Shown in pieces: positions 1 to 9,578 of a DNA stretch of 64,000 nt (its first letter is position 1; the number at the start of each line of letters is the position of its first letter). The notes beneath the pieces were generated by a model, which searched no databases, was not told the origin of the DNA, and saw only the letters and a list, made by a program, of their open reading frames with translations. The stretch covers positions 8,036 through 72,035 of the forward strand of contig DATKLM010000076.1 in the NCBI GenBank assembly GCA_035542415.1, given 5' to 3'. The position numbers and the translations under genes were made by a program. Origin of the DNA: Spirochaetia bacterium (GTDB taxonomy: Bacteria > Spirochaetota > Spirochaetia > SZUA-6 > Fen-1364).

Positions 1-1338
1 CCGGGCGCGCAAGCTTCATTCGATCTCCTTTTGACCTTCAAGCCCTCGATCCTCCTGCTCCAGGAAGATCTGGCGGCGCAGATCCGCGTTGACGCCGTCT
101 GCACGGCCGGCGGAGCGGAGCAGACGGTCACCAAGGTGGCCACGGTCACGATCAACCGCAACACGGCGCTCACGTGGGACGACACGCGGAAGATCGCGGC
201 CTACATCACTCCCAACGAAAAAACGGTGAGCGACTTCGCCCGGCGGTCTCAGTACCCCGGGGATCAGGCGAAGCGCCTCCAGCTTTCGCAGAAGATCTTC
301 AGCGCGATGCATATCGTCGATACGCTGGGCGCGTACGGCATGACCTATGTGCCCAATCCCGAGACGCCCATTTCCAGGGTGCTCGGAAACTCGCAGGTCA
401 TCGACACGGTGCACTTCCCCCGGGACACGCTCGCCAACCGGGGGGGTGATTGCAGCGATACGACGGCGCTCCTCGCCTCGCTCCTGGAGTCTGTCGGGAT
501 CAGGACGGCGGTCCTCACGACCCCGGGGCACATCTTCCTTGCCTTCGACACCGGAGAGCCGGCGGAAAATGCACGCGTTTTCTCCACGGACTCCCTGGAG
601 GTGATCGTGCGCGGCACGGTCTGGATCCCGGTGGAAACAACGGTGCTCCGTCAGGGTTTCTTCGCCGCCTGGGGCGCTGCTTCGGATCTGGTGAAGAAGT
701 ACCGCGCGGCCGGACCCTTCGAGTTCCTGCCCCTCGCCGGCATGCGTGACGCCTGGCCGCCCCTGCCCCTGCCGGAGAGTTCGGTCACGGTCGTGGATCC
801 GGCGCCCGCCGCGGTGGAGAAGATCTACGCGGCATCACTTGCGGGATTCACGGACGCGCTGTATACAGCACGGGCTCGTGAGCTGGGAACTCGGCTCGCC
901 GGCCTCTCCGGTCGTCAGGCCAACACGCTGCGGATCCGGCTGGGGATCCTGCACGCCATGTTCGCAAAGCGTGAGGAAGCGCAGGCCGCGTTCAGCGCCG
1001 TCATGGCGGATGATCCCCGCGCGGTTTCCGCGTATGTGAACCTAGCCAACCTCCGGCTTCTTGCCGGTGACTCCGACGGCGCGCTGGCAATCGTCATGAA
1101 AGGTTTGGCGGTCAACAAGGACGCGGCGCTCCTCAACCTCCTGGCAGCGCGGATCTATGCGGAGCGCCGGGATGCGCCGAACACGGCCCTGTACTTCACG
1201 CGGCTGAAAAGCGCCGCGCCCGAGCTTGCCGTGCGCTACGCGGAAGCGCTCGGGCAGGGATCCGCCAAGGGGAGCACCGGAGAACGGGCAGCCGAGCAGG
1301 GCTCACGCCCCGCTCTCATCTGGGGAGGGGCGGAGTAA
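1..1338 (+). CDS. Transglutaminase-like cysteine peptidase domain protein with C-terminal TPR-like helical repeats (5' partial, frame open to window edge)
   Basis: Frame 1 has no stop from base 1, so the listed TTG at 31 is probably internal. GGDCSD...PGHIFLAF...WIPVE matches the Cys/His/acid layout of a transglutaminase core. The Ala/Leu-rich C-terminal helices look TPR-like. Confidence 0.55.
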   Translation, partial: PGAQASFDLLLTFKPSILLLQEDLAAQIRVDAVCTAGGAEQTVTKVATVTINRNTALTWDDTRKIAAYITPNEKTVSDFARRSQYPGDQAKRLQLSQKIFSAMHIVDTLGAYGMTYVPNPETPISRVLGNSQVIDTVHFPRDTLANRGGDCSDTTALLASLLESVGIRTAVLTTPGHIFLAFDTGEPAENARVFSTDSLEVIVRGTVWIPVETTVLRQGFFAAWGAASDLVKKYRAAGPFEFLPLAGMRDAWPPLPLPESSVTVVDPAPAAVEKIYAASLAGFTDALYTARARELGTRLAGLSGRQANTLRIRLGILHAMFAKREEAQAAFSAVMADDPRAVSAYVNLANLRLLAGDSDGALAIVMKGLAVNKDAALLNLLAARIYAERRDAPNTALYFTRLKSAAPELAVRYAEALGQGSAKGSTGERAAEQGSRPALIWGGAE

Positions 1339-1365
1339 GGCGGTCGGCGGCTGCTGACGGGCCTT

Positions 1366-1391
1366 CCGCGGGCCTTTCCCGCTGCCCGCGG
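1366..1391 (+). terminator. GC hairpin after the transglutaminase-like gene (CCGCGGGC-N10-GCCCGCGG), no U-tract
   Basis: Perfect 8-bp inverted repeat read directly from the sequence. It lacks a T-run, so its function is uncertain. Confidence 0.25.
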
Positions 1392-1411
1392 CGTTCAGTA
1401 CCTTTCACCTC

Positions 1412-2947
1412 ATGTCAGAGCGCGGCCCCGGTTCACCCGGTCCCTGGGTCCTGTTTTCCACGATCTTCGCATCCAGCATGGCGTTCATCGACGGAACGGC
1501 GCTGAACGTCTCTCTCCCGGCCCTCCAGGCAGGTCTCCATGCCAGCGGCGTCCAGCTCCTCTGGGTCGTCAACGCGTACCTCCTGATGCTCGCGGCTCTC
1601 ATCCCGGTGGGAGGGTCTCTGGGCGACGTGCTGGGCCGGCGCAGGGTCTTTGCCATCGGCATCGCTTTGTTCATGGCATCATCCCTCGTCTGCGGGCTTT
1701 CCCCGAGCATCGGGTTTCTCATCGGCGCGCGGCTCGTGCAGGGACTGGGAGCAGCGCTGATGATCCCGGGAAGCCTCGCCATCATCACGTCGTTCTTTGG
1801 CCCCGCCGAGCGTGGACGGGCCATTGGGACATGGTCCGCGGCCACCACGATCGTGACCGTGATCGGACCGGTGCTCGGCGGCGTTCTCTCCAACGCGGGA
1901 TTGTGGCGTGCCGTGTTTCTCATCAACATCCCGCTGGGAGCAGCATCCCTCGTTCCGCTCCTTCTCAAGGTGCCGGAAAGCAGGAACGCGCAGGCCGGGC
2001 GCATCGACTTTCTCGGGGCCGGGCTGCTTGTCGTCGCCCTGGCCGGGTTGACCTGGGGCTTCATCTCCGCGCCGGAGGCGGGCTTCCACGATCCGCGCGT
2101 GATCGCGGCCCTCTGCGTGGGCGTCGCGGCGCTTGCCGGCTTCATCGTCGTGGAGATCCGAAGCCGGCATCCGATGATTCCCCTCGGCCTGTTCGCCTCC
2201 CGCACGTTCAGCGGCACGAACCTCCTGACCCTTGCCCTTTACGGCGCGCTGAGCGCGGGAATGTTGTTCCTGTCCCTGGACCTCGTGCAGGCGCAGGGGT
2301 ACAGCATGACCGCCGCGGGATTCGCGTTCACCCCGTTCGCCCTCGTGCTCACCGCCTTGTCGCGCTGGGCCGGCGGGCTCGTGGACAAATCCGGTCCCCG
2401 CCTGCCGCTCGTCGTCGGTCCGGCCATCGCGGGACTCGCGTTTCTTGTCATGGCGTTCAGCGGCCTCACCCCGGGGCCGTCGCGCTACTGGTTGACGTTC
2501 TTTCCCGGGGTGATCCTGCTCGGGGTGGGCATGGGCATCACCGTGGCCCCGCTGACCACCGCGGTGATGGGCTCCGTGGGCTCGAACCTTGCCGGCACGG
2601 CTTCCGGGATCAACAACGCCGTGTCCAGGACGGCCGGGGTGCTCGCCATCGCCGTTGTCGGGGCGCTGGCCCTCATTCTGTTCGGGCACGGCCTTTCAGC
2701 CCGGGTGCAGGGCACGGGCATCTCGGAAGCCGCCCGCGTGTCCCTGTCTGCTGAAGCGAGCCGCCTGGGCGCGGCAACGGTTCCGGCCGAGGTCGCCGCG
2801 CAGGACGTTTCCACGGTCCAGCAAGCCATCCGCATGGCGTTCGTGGACACGTTCAAGGTCGTGATGATCGTCTGCGCCGGCCTGGCGTGGGCAGGCGCGC
2901 TGCTTGCCGGGCTCCTGGTGGAGAAGAAGTTCCAGGCAGCGACGTAG
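1412..2947 (+). CDS. MFS transporter, DHA2 (EmrB/QacA-like, 14-TMS) drug:H+ antiporter family
   Basis: 511 aa, about 14 hydrophobic segments. N-terminal FIDGTALNVSLP...GGSLGDVLGRRRVF...RLVQGLGAALMIPGSLAII is typical of the DHA2 family. Confidence 0.85.
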   Translation: MSERGPGSPGPWVLFSTIFASSMAFIDGTALNVSLPALQAGLHASGVQLLWVVNAYLLMLAALIPVGGSLGDVLGRRRVFAIGIALFMASSLVCGLSPSIGFLIGARLVQGLGAALMIPGSLAIITSFFGPAERGRAIGTWSAATTIVTVIGPVLGGVLSNAGLWRAVFLINIPLGAASLVPLLLKVPESRNAQAGRIDFLGAGLLVVALAGLTWGFISAPEAGFHDPRVIAALCVGVAALAGFIVVEIRSRHPMIPLGLFASRTFSGTNLLTLALYGALSAGMLFLSLDLVQAQGYSMTAAGFAFTPFALVLTALSRWAGGLVDKSGPRLPLVVGPAIAGLAFLVMAFSGLTPGPSRYWLTFFPGVILLGVGMGITVAPLTTAVMGSVGSNLAGTASGINNAVSRTAGVLAIAVVGALALILFGHGLSARVQGTGISEAARVSLSAEASRLGAATVPAEVAAQDVSTVQQAIRMAFVDTFKVVMIVCAGLAWAGALLAGLLVEKKFQAAT

Positions 2948-2955
2948 CCCCGGTC

Positions 2956-2972
2956 AGGCCGGAAGCCGGCCT
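2956..2972. terminator. Short bidirectional hairpin between convergent MFS and aldo/keto reductase genes (AGGCCGG-AAG-CCGGCCT)
   Basis: Inverted repeat seen in the 26-nt convergent gap. The loop is tight. Confidence 0.3.
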
Positions 2973-2973
2973 T

Positions 2974-3930
2974 CTACACCGCGCTCGCCTTCGACAGGGT
3001 TTCGATCTGCTCGCGCGAAAGCCGCAGGTCCAGCGCGCCGAGATTTTCCTTCAATTGGTCCATTGCACCTGCCGCCATGACCGGAATCGCCTCCGGCTCC
3101 GCCTGCATAAGCCACGCAAGGACGACCTGGTTCGCTGTTGCGCCGACCTCCCGCGCCACGGCGCCGAGGCTCTTCAGACGCGCCTCCGTGTCGGGTCCCC
3201 GGTACTGCTCGGGGATGCTCCGGTCGGCCCGCGTGTAGGCGCCGCCGAGGAGCGGTGAGTAGGCCAGGAGCGTACAACGCGTGGATGCGCACCAGTCAAG
3301 CAGGTCGCTGTTCGCGGCGATCTGCGGGTCGAACGACGCGCCCCGCCGGGGCCTCAGGTACGTGTGGCGCTGCTGGATGCAGCAATAACCGGGCAGCGAG
3401 CTCGCTGCACTCAGCGCCCGGCAGTCGGCAAGGCGCCAGGCAAGGAAATTGCTGGCGCCGATGTACCTGACTTTCCCGCTTTTCACGAGCCGCCCAAATG
3501 CCGCCAGCGTGTCCTTGATCGGGGTGGCGCGGTCGTCCACGTGGGCGTAATACAGGTCGATGGTGTCAACGCCGAGCCGGCGCAGGCTCTTGTCGCATTC
3601 TGCCTGCACCAGGGAGGCGGTCAACCGCCGTGGAACAGAGGAGTATTCGAAGCCGACTTTGGACGCAAGAAAGAGGCGGGACCGGTTGCCGCGCTCCCGC
3701 ATCCATTCGCCTATCAGCGTCTCGCTCTCCCCGCCATGGAAGCCGGCAATCCAATGCGCATAGATGTTGGCCGTGTCGATGAACGTGCCGCCGCGGTCCA
3801 CGTACTCATCCAGGAGCTTCCGCGAAAGAGCCGGGTCCGTGCGGGTGCCCAGGTACATCGCCCCGAGGCACATGCAGCTCACATCGGCGCCGCTGTCCCC
3901 CAGGGGGACGGTTCTCATTGAGTTCTTCAT
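2974..3930 (-). CDS. Aldo/keto reductase family oxidoreductase
   Basis: 318 aa. LGAMYLG...GGTFIDTANIYA...IDLYYAHVDD...GKVRYIGASNF are classic AKR motifs. Confidence 0.85.
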   Translation of the reverse strand: MKNSMRTVPLGDSGADVSCMCLGAMYLGTRTDPALSRKLLDEYVDRGGTFIDTANIYAHWIAGFHGGESETLIGEWMRERGNRSRLFLASKVGFEYSSVPRRLTASLVQAECDKSLRRLGVDTIDLYYAHVDDRATPIKDTLAAFGRLVKSGKVRYIGASNFLAWRLADCRALSAASSLPGYCCIQQRHTYLRPRRGASFDPQIAANSDLLDWCASTRCTLLAYSPLLGGAYTRADRSIPEQYRGPDTEARLKSLGAVAREVGATANQVVLAWLMQAEPEAIPVMAAGAMDQLKENLGALDLRLSREQIETLSKASAV

Positions 3931-4023
3931 GCCCTAGAGGATACCACCAGCGCGGCGGCACGGAACGCGTCTTTGACGGGACGGAAGCAGCCGAGGCCTC
4001 CGCGGCTGGATGCAGGATGCCGG

Positions 4024-4968
4024 CTATGTGTATCTGATGCGCGGATTCAGGAGCGCATAGATGACGTCTGCAAGCAGGTTCGAAACGCTGAATACCACCA
4101 CGAGGAGAAGCGTGATGGCCTGCAGGAGCGGCAGGTCCCGGCGCTGGATGGCAAAGAGGAGGAGCCGTCCGAGCCCCGGGTAACTGAACAGGGACTCCGT
4201 CACGATGAGGCCCCCAATGAGCCACCCGATCCCCACCGCCGTGATCGTCACCGTGGGAAGCAGGGCGTTTCTCAGGACGTGGGAGAACAGCACCCGGGCC
4301 GGCCCCAGGCCTTTCAGGTACGCGCTTCGCACGTAGTCCGTGGACAGCACCTCCACGGTGCTGGAGCGGGTCATACGGGTGATGTACGCCAGGCTCACGA
4401 GGGACACGGTGATCCCGGGCAGGATCAGCCGGGGAAGAGCGGCGACGAAGCCGGCATCCGGCGCGATGGCCGAGCTTGCCGGCAGCCAGTTCAATCCCAG
4501 GGCGAACACCGAGATCAGGATGACACCGGTCACGAACTCCGGCAGCCCGATGAAGGCAAGGGACGCGATGGAGATGATCTGGTCGGAGACCTTCCCCCGG
4601 CGGAGCGCGGAGAAGAGCCCCAGGAGAATTCCCAGCGGCACGTACATGACGAAGGCGACGAGGGCGAGCATCGCTGAATTGCGAAGACGCGCCCCAACGA
4701 GCGCCAGCACGGATTCTCCGGTGCTGAGAGACACGCCCCAGTCCCCCTGGACGTAGTGCACAAGCCAGGCCCCGTACTGCACCAGCAGGGGACGATCCAG
4801 CCCCAGCTTCTCGCGAAGGTTGTGCAGCGCTTCCGGCGTGGCGAACCTCCCGAGGAGGGCGCGGGCCACGTCGCCCGGCAGGATCTGCGTGACGAGGAAG
4901 ATGACCGCGGAGGAGATGAGGAGGGTCAGGAGAACGAGTCCCAGCCTGCGAGCGATGTAGGTGAACAT
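4024..4968 (-). CDS. ABC peptide/nickel-type transporter permease (DppB/OppB-like)
   Basis: Start moved to the internal ATG at 4968 (MFTYIARRLGLVLLTL...), the canonical N-terminus of this family. The upstream part of the listed ORF overlaps the ATPase gene and is Arg/Pro-rich junk. Confidence 0.85.
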   Translation of the reverse strand: MFTYIARRLGLVLLTLLISSAVIFLVTQILPGDVARALLGRFATPEALHNLREKLGLDRPLLVQYGAWLVHYVQGDWGVSLSTGESVLALVGARLRNSAMLALVAFVMYVPLGILLGLFSALRRGKVSDQIISIASLAFIGLPEFVTGVILISVFALGLNWLPASSAIAPDAGFVAALPRLILPGITVSLVSLAYITRMTRSSTVEVLSTDYVRSAYLKGLGPARVLFSHVLRNALLPTVTITAVGIGWLIGGLIVTESLFSYPGLGRLLLFAIQRRDLPLLQAITLLLVVVFSVSNLLADVIYALLNPRIRYT

Positions 4969-4969
4969 C

Positions 4970-7054
4970 TCAGCTCTCCCGGGTCGCTGGCCCGGCTGGT
5001 CCGGCGGGGCCTTCGCCGGCGCCGGCCTGTGCCCGCGCCAGCTCTTCGAGAGGAATATGGCAGAAGATGCTGTGGTTGCCCCGCCCCGTTCTCCAAGGCG
5101 GGGTCTCGGTCTCGCAGACTCTCCCGATCTTCCGCGGACAGCGCGTGTGAAACCGGCAGCCTGCCGGAACACTGGCGGCGCTCGGCACGCTGCCTTCCAG
5201 CCGGATGGGGCGGCGCACCGCGTCAGGATCCGCCACGGGGATCGCGGAGAGAAGCGCCTCGGTGTAGGGGTGAAACGGCGGGGCAAACACGTCTTCCGCG
5301 CCTCCCCACTCCACGAGCACGCCGAGGTACATCACGGCGATCCAGTGAGACAGGTGCTGGACCGCGGCCAGGTCGTGGGAGATGAACAGGTAGGACACGT
5401 TCCTGCTCTCCTGGAGATCCGTGAGGAGATTCACCAGGGCCGCCTGCACGGAAACATCGAGAGAGGAGAGGGGCTCGTCCAGGAGAATGACGTCCGGATC
5501 AGCGGCAAAGGCGCGTGCAATCGCGGCTCTCTGCTTTTCCCCGCCGCTCAGCTCCTCGGGAAGCCGGTCCGCGTACGAGGGAGAGAGGCTCACCGATTCC
5601 AGCAGCGCGCGCACGCGGCCGCGCAGCTGCCGGCGCGGCACGCCGGCGAGCAGGGCCAGCGGTCTGGCAATGGCGCGGCCAACCGTGTGACGCGGGTTGA
5701 GGGATGCCTCGGGGTTCTGGAAGACCATCTGCAGGCGCCTCAGCACCGTGCGCGGCCGCCGTTCCACCCGGGGATCAAGGGGAGCGCCGTGCAGGGCAAT
5801 CTCCCCCGAAGTCAGGGGCGCCAGTCCGCTGATGACCCGAAGCATGGTCGTTTTGCCGCACCCGCTTTCCCCGACGACGCCCAGCGTATTTCCCTTGCGC
5901 ACCCACAGGGTTACGCCGTCCACCGCGCGCACGCTTCGGGCGCTCGTCCCTCTCAGGGCAAACAGCCTTTCGCCGGGGCCGAAGCTCTTTTTCAACTCCG
6001 TGATGCGAAGCGCCTCGACCCGTTCCTCTGCGTGCACCTCCATGGGAGGCGCCGCCTCCACGAACTGCGCGGCAGAGGGCAGCTCCGTCCAGCGGAAACA
6101 AGCGGAGAAGCGGCCGGGCCGCACTTCCACGAGCGGCGGCCGGGATCTCGTACAGCGCTCCTCCGCAAAGGGACAGCGCAGGGCAAAGATGCACCCCTTG
6201 GGGAGCGCATCGAGCCCCGGAATGGCGCCCGGGATGCTCGTCAGGTGCCTCTTCTGCCGGCCGGGCTGGAACCGCGGGACGCAGCCGAGGAGGCTCAGGG
6301 TGTAGGGATGGAGGGGAGTCCGGTAGATGTCCCGAACCGGCGCCTGCTCCACGAACTCTCCCGCGTACATCACGCCGACCCGGTCGCAGAGCTTGGAGAC
6401 GACGGCGAGGTCGTGGGTGATGTACAGGATGGAGGAATCGAAGTCCTTCTTGAGATCTGCCACGAGATCGAGAACCACGGCCTGTGTGGTGACATCCAAA
6501 GCCGTGGTCGGCTCATCCAGGATGAGCAGCTCGGGCGTCGTGATGAGGGCCATGGCAATGACGCACCTCTGCAGCATGCCTCCGGAGAGCTGGTGCGGGT
6601 AGCGCTGCATAGTGGCCCGGGGATCCGGCATGGCAACCCGGGCGAGCATGTCGAACGCCTTCTGGCGGGCGTCCCGGGCGGAAAGCCCCAGATGCCGCGC
6701 AGCCACCTCGGCGAGCTGCCTCCCGATCCTCAGGGACGGGTTGAGCGCCATGGAAGGGTTCTGATAGACCATGCCGATGCGGCTTCCCCAGATGCCCCGC
6801 AGCTGCCGGCGGTGCAGGGAGGTAAGCTCGCGGCCGCGCAGCTTCGAAGAGCCGCTGATGATCCTGCCGTTGGCGCTGAGATAGCAAATGGCCCCCATGG
6901 CCAGCGTCGTCTTCCCGGAGCCGGACTCTCCGACAATGCCGAAGCATTCCCTCTCCTGGATGTCAAACGTCGCCTCGCGGACAGCGGGGAGCATACCGGC
7001 ATCGGTCTCGTAGCCAATGGACAGCCGGCTCGTCTCGAACAAGGCAGCGGCCAT
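4970..7054 (-). CDS. ABC transporter ATP-binding protein with duplicated ATPase domains (fused DppD/DppF-like)
   Basis: 694 aa with two Walker A sites (GESGSGKTT, GESGCGKTT), two LSGG signatures, and Cys-rich oligopeptide-type C-terminal extensions. Confidence 0.9.
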   Translation of the reverse strand: MAAALFETSRLSIGYETDAGMLPAVREATFDIQERECFGIVGESGSGKTTLAMGAICYLSANGRIISGSSKLRGRELTSLHRRQLRGIWGSRIGMVYQNPSMALNPSLRIGRQLAEVAARHLGLSARDARQKAFDMLARVAMPDPRATMQRYPHQLSGGMLQRCVIAMALITTPELLILDEPTTALDVTTQAVVLDLVADLKKDFDSSILYITHDLAVVSKLCDRVGVMYAGEFVEQAPVRDIYRTPLHPYTLSLLGCVPRFQPGRQKRHLTSIPGAIPGLDALPKGCIFALRCPFAEERCTRSRPPLVEVRPGRFSACFRWTELPSAAQFVEAAPPMEVHAEERVEALRITELKKSFGPGERLFALRGTSARSVRAVDGVTLWVRKGNTLGVVGESGCGKTTMLRVISGLAPLTSGEIALHGAPLDPRVERRPRTVLRRLQMVFQNPEASLNPRHTVGRAIARPLALLAGVPRRQLRGRVRALLESVSLSPSYADRLPEELSGGEKQRAAIARAFAADPDVILLDEPLSSLDVSVQAALVNLLTDLQESRNVSYLFISHDLAAVQHLSHWIAVMYLGVLVEWGGAEDVFAPPFHPYTEALLSAIPVADPDAVRRPIRLEGSVPSAASVPAGCRFHTRCPRKIGRVCETETPPWRTGRGNHSIFCHIPLEELARAQAGAGEGPAGPAGPATRES

Positions 7055-7056
7055 GG

Positions 7057-7941
7057 CTACAACGCCCTCGCGCCGGGCTGCAGGAGCTGGCGCAGCCCGT
7101 CCGTCATGAGGTTTGTCGCCACGACGAGGAGGGAGATGGCACCCGCCGGAAAAAGCAGGATCCAGGGGGCTGTGGAGAAGTAGCTGCGGGCCTCGTTGAT
7201 CTGAAGTCCCCAGTCAGGGGACGGCGGCTGCACGCCCAGGCCGAGGAAGCCCAGGGATGCAACGAGAAAGATCGAGTAGGAGAATCGCACGGACATCTCG
7301 ACGAGGATAGGGCCGAGGGCGTTCGGGAGGATCTCGCCGAAGAGGATGACCAAATCACGCTCCCCTCGGACGCGGGCAGCCTCGATGAACTCCCGGGTCC
7401 GCAGGTCCAGGATCATGCTGCGCGCCAGGCGCGCCAGCATGGGAACGTAGAGGACGGAGATCACGAGGAGGAGGTTCAGGGGCGACGGCCCGACGGTGGC
7501 CAGGAGGAGCAGGGCAAAGAGGAGGGGCGGGAAGGAGAGCAGGACGTCCAGGACGCGCATGAGGGCCTCGTCCCAGAACCGGCCGTAGAAGCCGGAGAAC
7601 AGCCCGATGGTCACGCCGATGAACGCGGCGATGAGCGTCCCGACGCCGCTGAGGAGAAAGATGCTCCGGCTCCCCACGAGGATACGGCTGAAAATGTCCC
7701 GGCCGTACTGGTCGGTGCCGAACAGGTGAGCGGTGTTCGGAGGCTTGAGCCGTGCAACGCTCTGCGCCTCGAAGCTGTACGGGGCGATCAGTGTCCCAAA
7801 GATCGCCGTCAGGAGAAAGAGGAGAAAGATGACGGTGCCGCAGAGCGCGGCCGGGTTCCGCCGCAGCCTTCCCCATACCCTTCGCGGGGCCTCGCGTACG
7901 CGCGCGAGGCCGCCGGAGGGGAGGTTGCCGGAATCGCTCAT
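7057..7941 (-). CDS. ABC peptide/nickel-type transporter permease (DppC/OppC-like)
   Basis: 294 aa. The N-terminal RRNPAALCG...IAPY motif and the EAA-loop region (FIEAARVRGE) are typical. Confidence 0.85.
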   Translation of the reverse strand: MSDSGNLPSGGLARVREAPRRVWGRLRRNPAALCGTVIFLLFLLTAIFGTLIAPYSFEAQSVARLKPPNTAHLFGTDQYGRDIFSRILVGSRSIFLLSGVGTLIAAFIGVTIGLFSGFYGRFWDEALMRVLDVLLSFPPLLFALLLLATVGPSPLNLLLVISVLYVPMLARLARSMILDLRTREFIEAARVRGERDLVILFGEILPNALGPILVEMSVRFSYSIFLVASLGFLGLGVQPPSPDWGLQINEARSYFSTAPWILLFPAGAISLLVVATNLMTDGLRQLLQPGARAL

Positions 7942-7969
7942 CGCGAGCGGCGGGGACGCCGTGGCAGGC

Positions 7970-9496
7970 CTATTTGGAGAAGTACGCGAGCGTGAAGCGC
8001 GTGCGCGCCCAGTCCGACGCCAGCGTGACGCCCTCCAGCCCCGCGCTCAGCCCCGCAACCGCCTTTTCGAAGTACGGAACGATGGCCGGTCCGCGGTCGA
8101 TCAGGATCTGCTCGGCCTGCCGATACAGGGCGGCCCGCTTCGCCTTGTCCATCTCCGTGTCGACCTTGGCAGTGACCTGGTCGAACTCGGCGTCCGACCA
8201 GTGGCCCTCGTTCCACTTCGCGTCACTCCGGTAGGCGAGCTTGAAGTAGGTCACCGGCGTGGCGCGCGAACCCCAGTCCGTGATTCCGAAGTCAGCGACG
8301 AGCCAGCTCTGCTCGCCTTCACCGTAGTAGACGTCGGAGGGCACGATCTGGATGTCCACGTCCACGCCGATCTTCGCCATCTGCTCTTTCCACACGGTGG
8401 CGATCGGAACCACGTCCAGCGCCTGCTGGGCCGCGAGCGTGATCTTCAGGCCGTTGGGATACCCGGCATCCGCAAGGAGCTTCTTCGCCTTTGCGATGTC
8501 GGGCTTCGGCGGCTTGTTCAGGTAGTAGTCGGTGAACGCCGGCCCGACGGGAGTGAAGCCGTTACCCACGGAGGCGAGGCCGGGGCGCACGGCGGCGACA
8601 ATGGCTTCCTGGTCGGTTCCCAGCTTGAGGGCCTGCCGCACCCGGACATCCGCGGCCACGTGACCCTTGTCCGAGCGCATGTGCAGGAAGTAGTGCATGT
8701 TGGACGTGTTCGCGATGATCTTCGTCTGCGGGTCCGCCTTGACGGCATCGGCAAGCTGGGCGCTCAGGCCCCCGACGTAGTTGAGCTGACCGCCGCGCAG
8801 GGCTTCCACCTGGCCGCCCTGGTCCGGGGAGAAGATCATGTCGATCTCATCGAGATAGGGAAGGGGACGGCCGCTGGAGTCCTTCTGGCCGAAAGAGGGG
8901 TTCTTCTTCAGAACCACCCGGTCCTCCGGGAGGTAGGAGCTGATCATGAACGGGCCGCTGCCGATTCTTTCCTTGGCCGGATCCTTGCTGGTCGCGGGAA
9001 TGATGCAGGCGTGATAGTCTCCCACGTCGCTGGCGAACTCGGGGTTCGTGTCAGAGAGCGTGAACTGCACGCGCGTGGAATCGAGTGACTTGATGTCCAC
9101 GATCCCCTTGTACAGGTTCGCCGCGGGGCTGCCCACCTTCGGGTCGCGAAGCCGGTTGAAGCTCCAGATCACGTCATCCACGGTCACGGGCTGACCGTTG
9201 CTGAAGCGCGCATCAGCACGGATCGTGAAGACCCAGACTTTCCCATCGGAAGACTGCCACTTCGTGGCAAGATCCGGCACGGGCCGGTTATACGGATCGA
9301 TGAACGTCAGATGCTGGTAGACCTGCTCCAGGAGCGTGATGTCTGCGATCGAGGTTGCGAAGTGCGGGTCGAGGTTGCTGACGGGCTGGCTTCCGATCTT
9401 CAGGACGCCGCCCGGCGTCGGTGCCGCCTGCACGAGCACGGCCGCGCCCAGAAGCGCAGCGATGACGAGGAGCCTGAAGGAGCACTTGTTTCCCAT
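7970..9496 (-). CDS. ABC transporter substrate-binding protein, family 5 (peptide/nickel)
   Basis: Start set at the ATG at 9496 (MGNKCSFRLLVIAALLGAAVLVQA signal peptide), preceded by a GGGGGAG Shine-Dalgarno. Family-5 SBP length and motifs. Confidence 0.85.
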   Translation of the reverse strand: MGNKCSFRLLVIAALLGAAVLVQAAPTPGGVLKIGSQPVSNLDPHFATSIADITLLEQVYQHLTFIDPYNRPVPDLATKWQSSDGKVWVFTIRADARFSNGQPVTVDDVIWSFNRLRDPKVGSPAANLYKGIVDIKSLDSTRVQFTLSDTNPEFASDVGDYHACIIPATSKDPAKERIGSGPFMISSYLPEDRVVLKKNPSFGQKDSSGRPLPYLDEIDMIFSPDQGGQVEALRGGQLNYVGGLSAQLADAVKADPQTKIIANTSNMHYFLHMRSDKGHVAADVRVRQALKLGTDQEAIVAAVRPGLASVGNGFTPVGPAFTDYYLNKPPKPDIAKAKKLLADAGYPNGLKITLAAQQALDVVPIATVWKEQMAKIGVDVDIQIVPSDVYYGEGEQSWLVADFGITDWGSRATPVTYFKLAYRSDAKWNEGHWSDAEFDQVTAKVDTEMDKAKRAALYRQAEQILIDRGPAIVPYFEKAVAGLSAGLEGVTLASDWARTRFTLAYFSK

Positions 9497-9523
9497 GGGT
9501 TCTCCCCCTTTCACGTGGGCCAC

Positions 9524-9552
9524 ATTATAGAGGAAGTGTTACGTCCGTGCAA
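9524..9552 (-). promoter_or_regulatory. Predicted sigma70-type promoter of the ABC importer operon (TTGCAC-N17-TATAAT)
   Basis: Read on the minus strand: TTGCACggacgtaacacttcctcTATAAT, followed by a GGGGGAG SD and the ATG. Confidence 0.45.
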
Positions 9553-9566
9553 AGATATGCTATGAT
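9539..9566 (+). promoter_or_regulatory. Predicted divergent promoter for the molybdopterin oxidoreductase gene (TTACGT-N16-TATGAT)
   Basis: The -10 ends 12 nt before the ATG at 9579, with no SD in between. Confidence 0.35.
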
Positions 9567-9578
9567 AGGCACCTCCCG

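Noticed and set aside
4961-7183. A 740-aa ORF on the plus strand antisense to the ABC ATPase gene. Similar very long antisense ORFs occur at 7733-9088, 11591-12907, 27177-29111, 32216-34123, 36664-38268, 41028-42626, 48613-50184, 55485-57296 and 57558-59186.
   Set aside because: Their translations are Arg/Gly/Pro/His-rich with no recognisable motifs. Each lies opposite a gene with unmistakable family signatures. In a genome with G/C-rich third codon positions, the antisense frame whose first base pairs with that third position rarely forms T-initiated stop codons, so long open frames arise by chance.
9508-9523. A second parS-like sequence CCTTTCACGTGGGCCA in the ABC-operon leader.
   Set aside because: Only 11/16 matches, with the whole right arm degenerate. 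It is more simply part of the 5' UTR between the TATAAT box and the SD.
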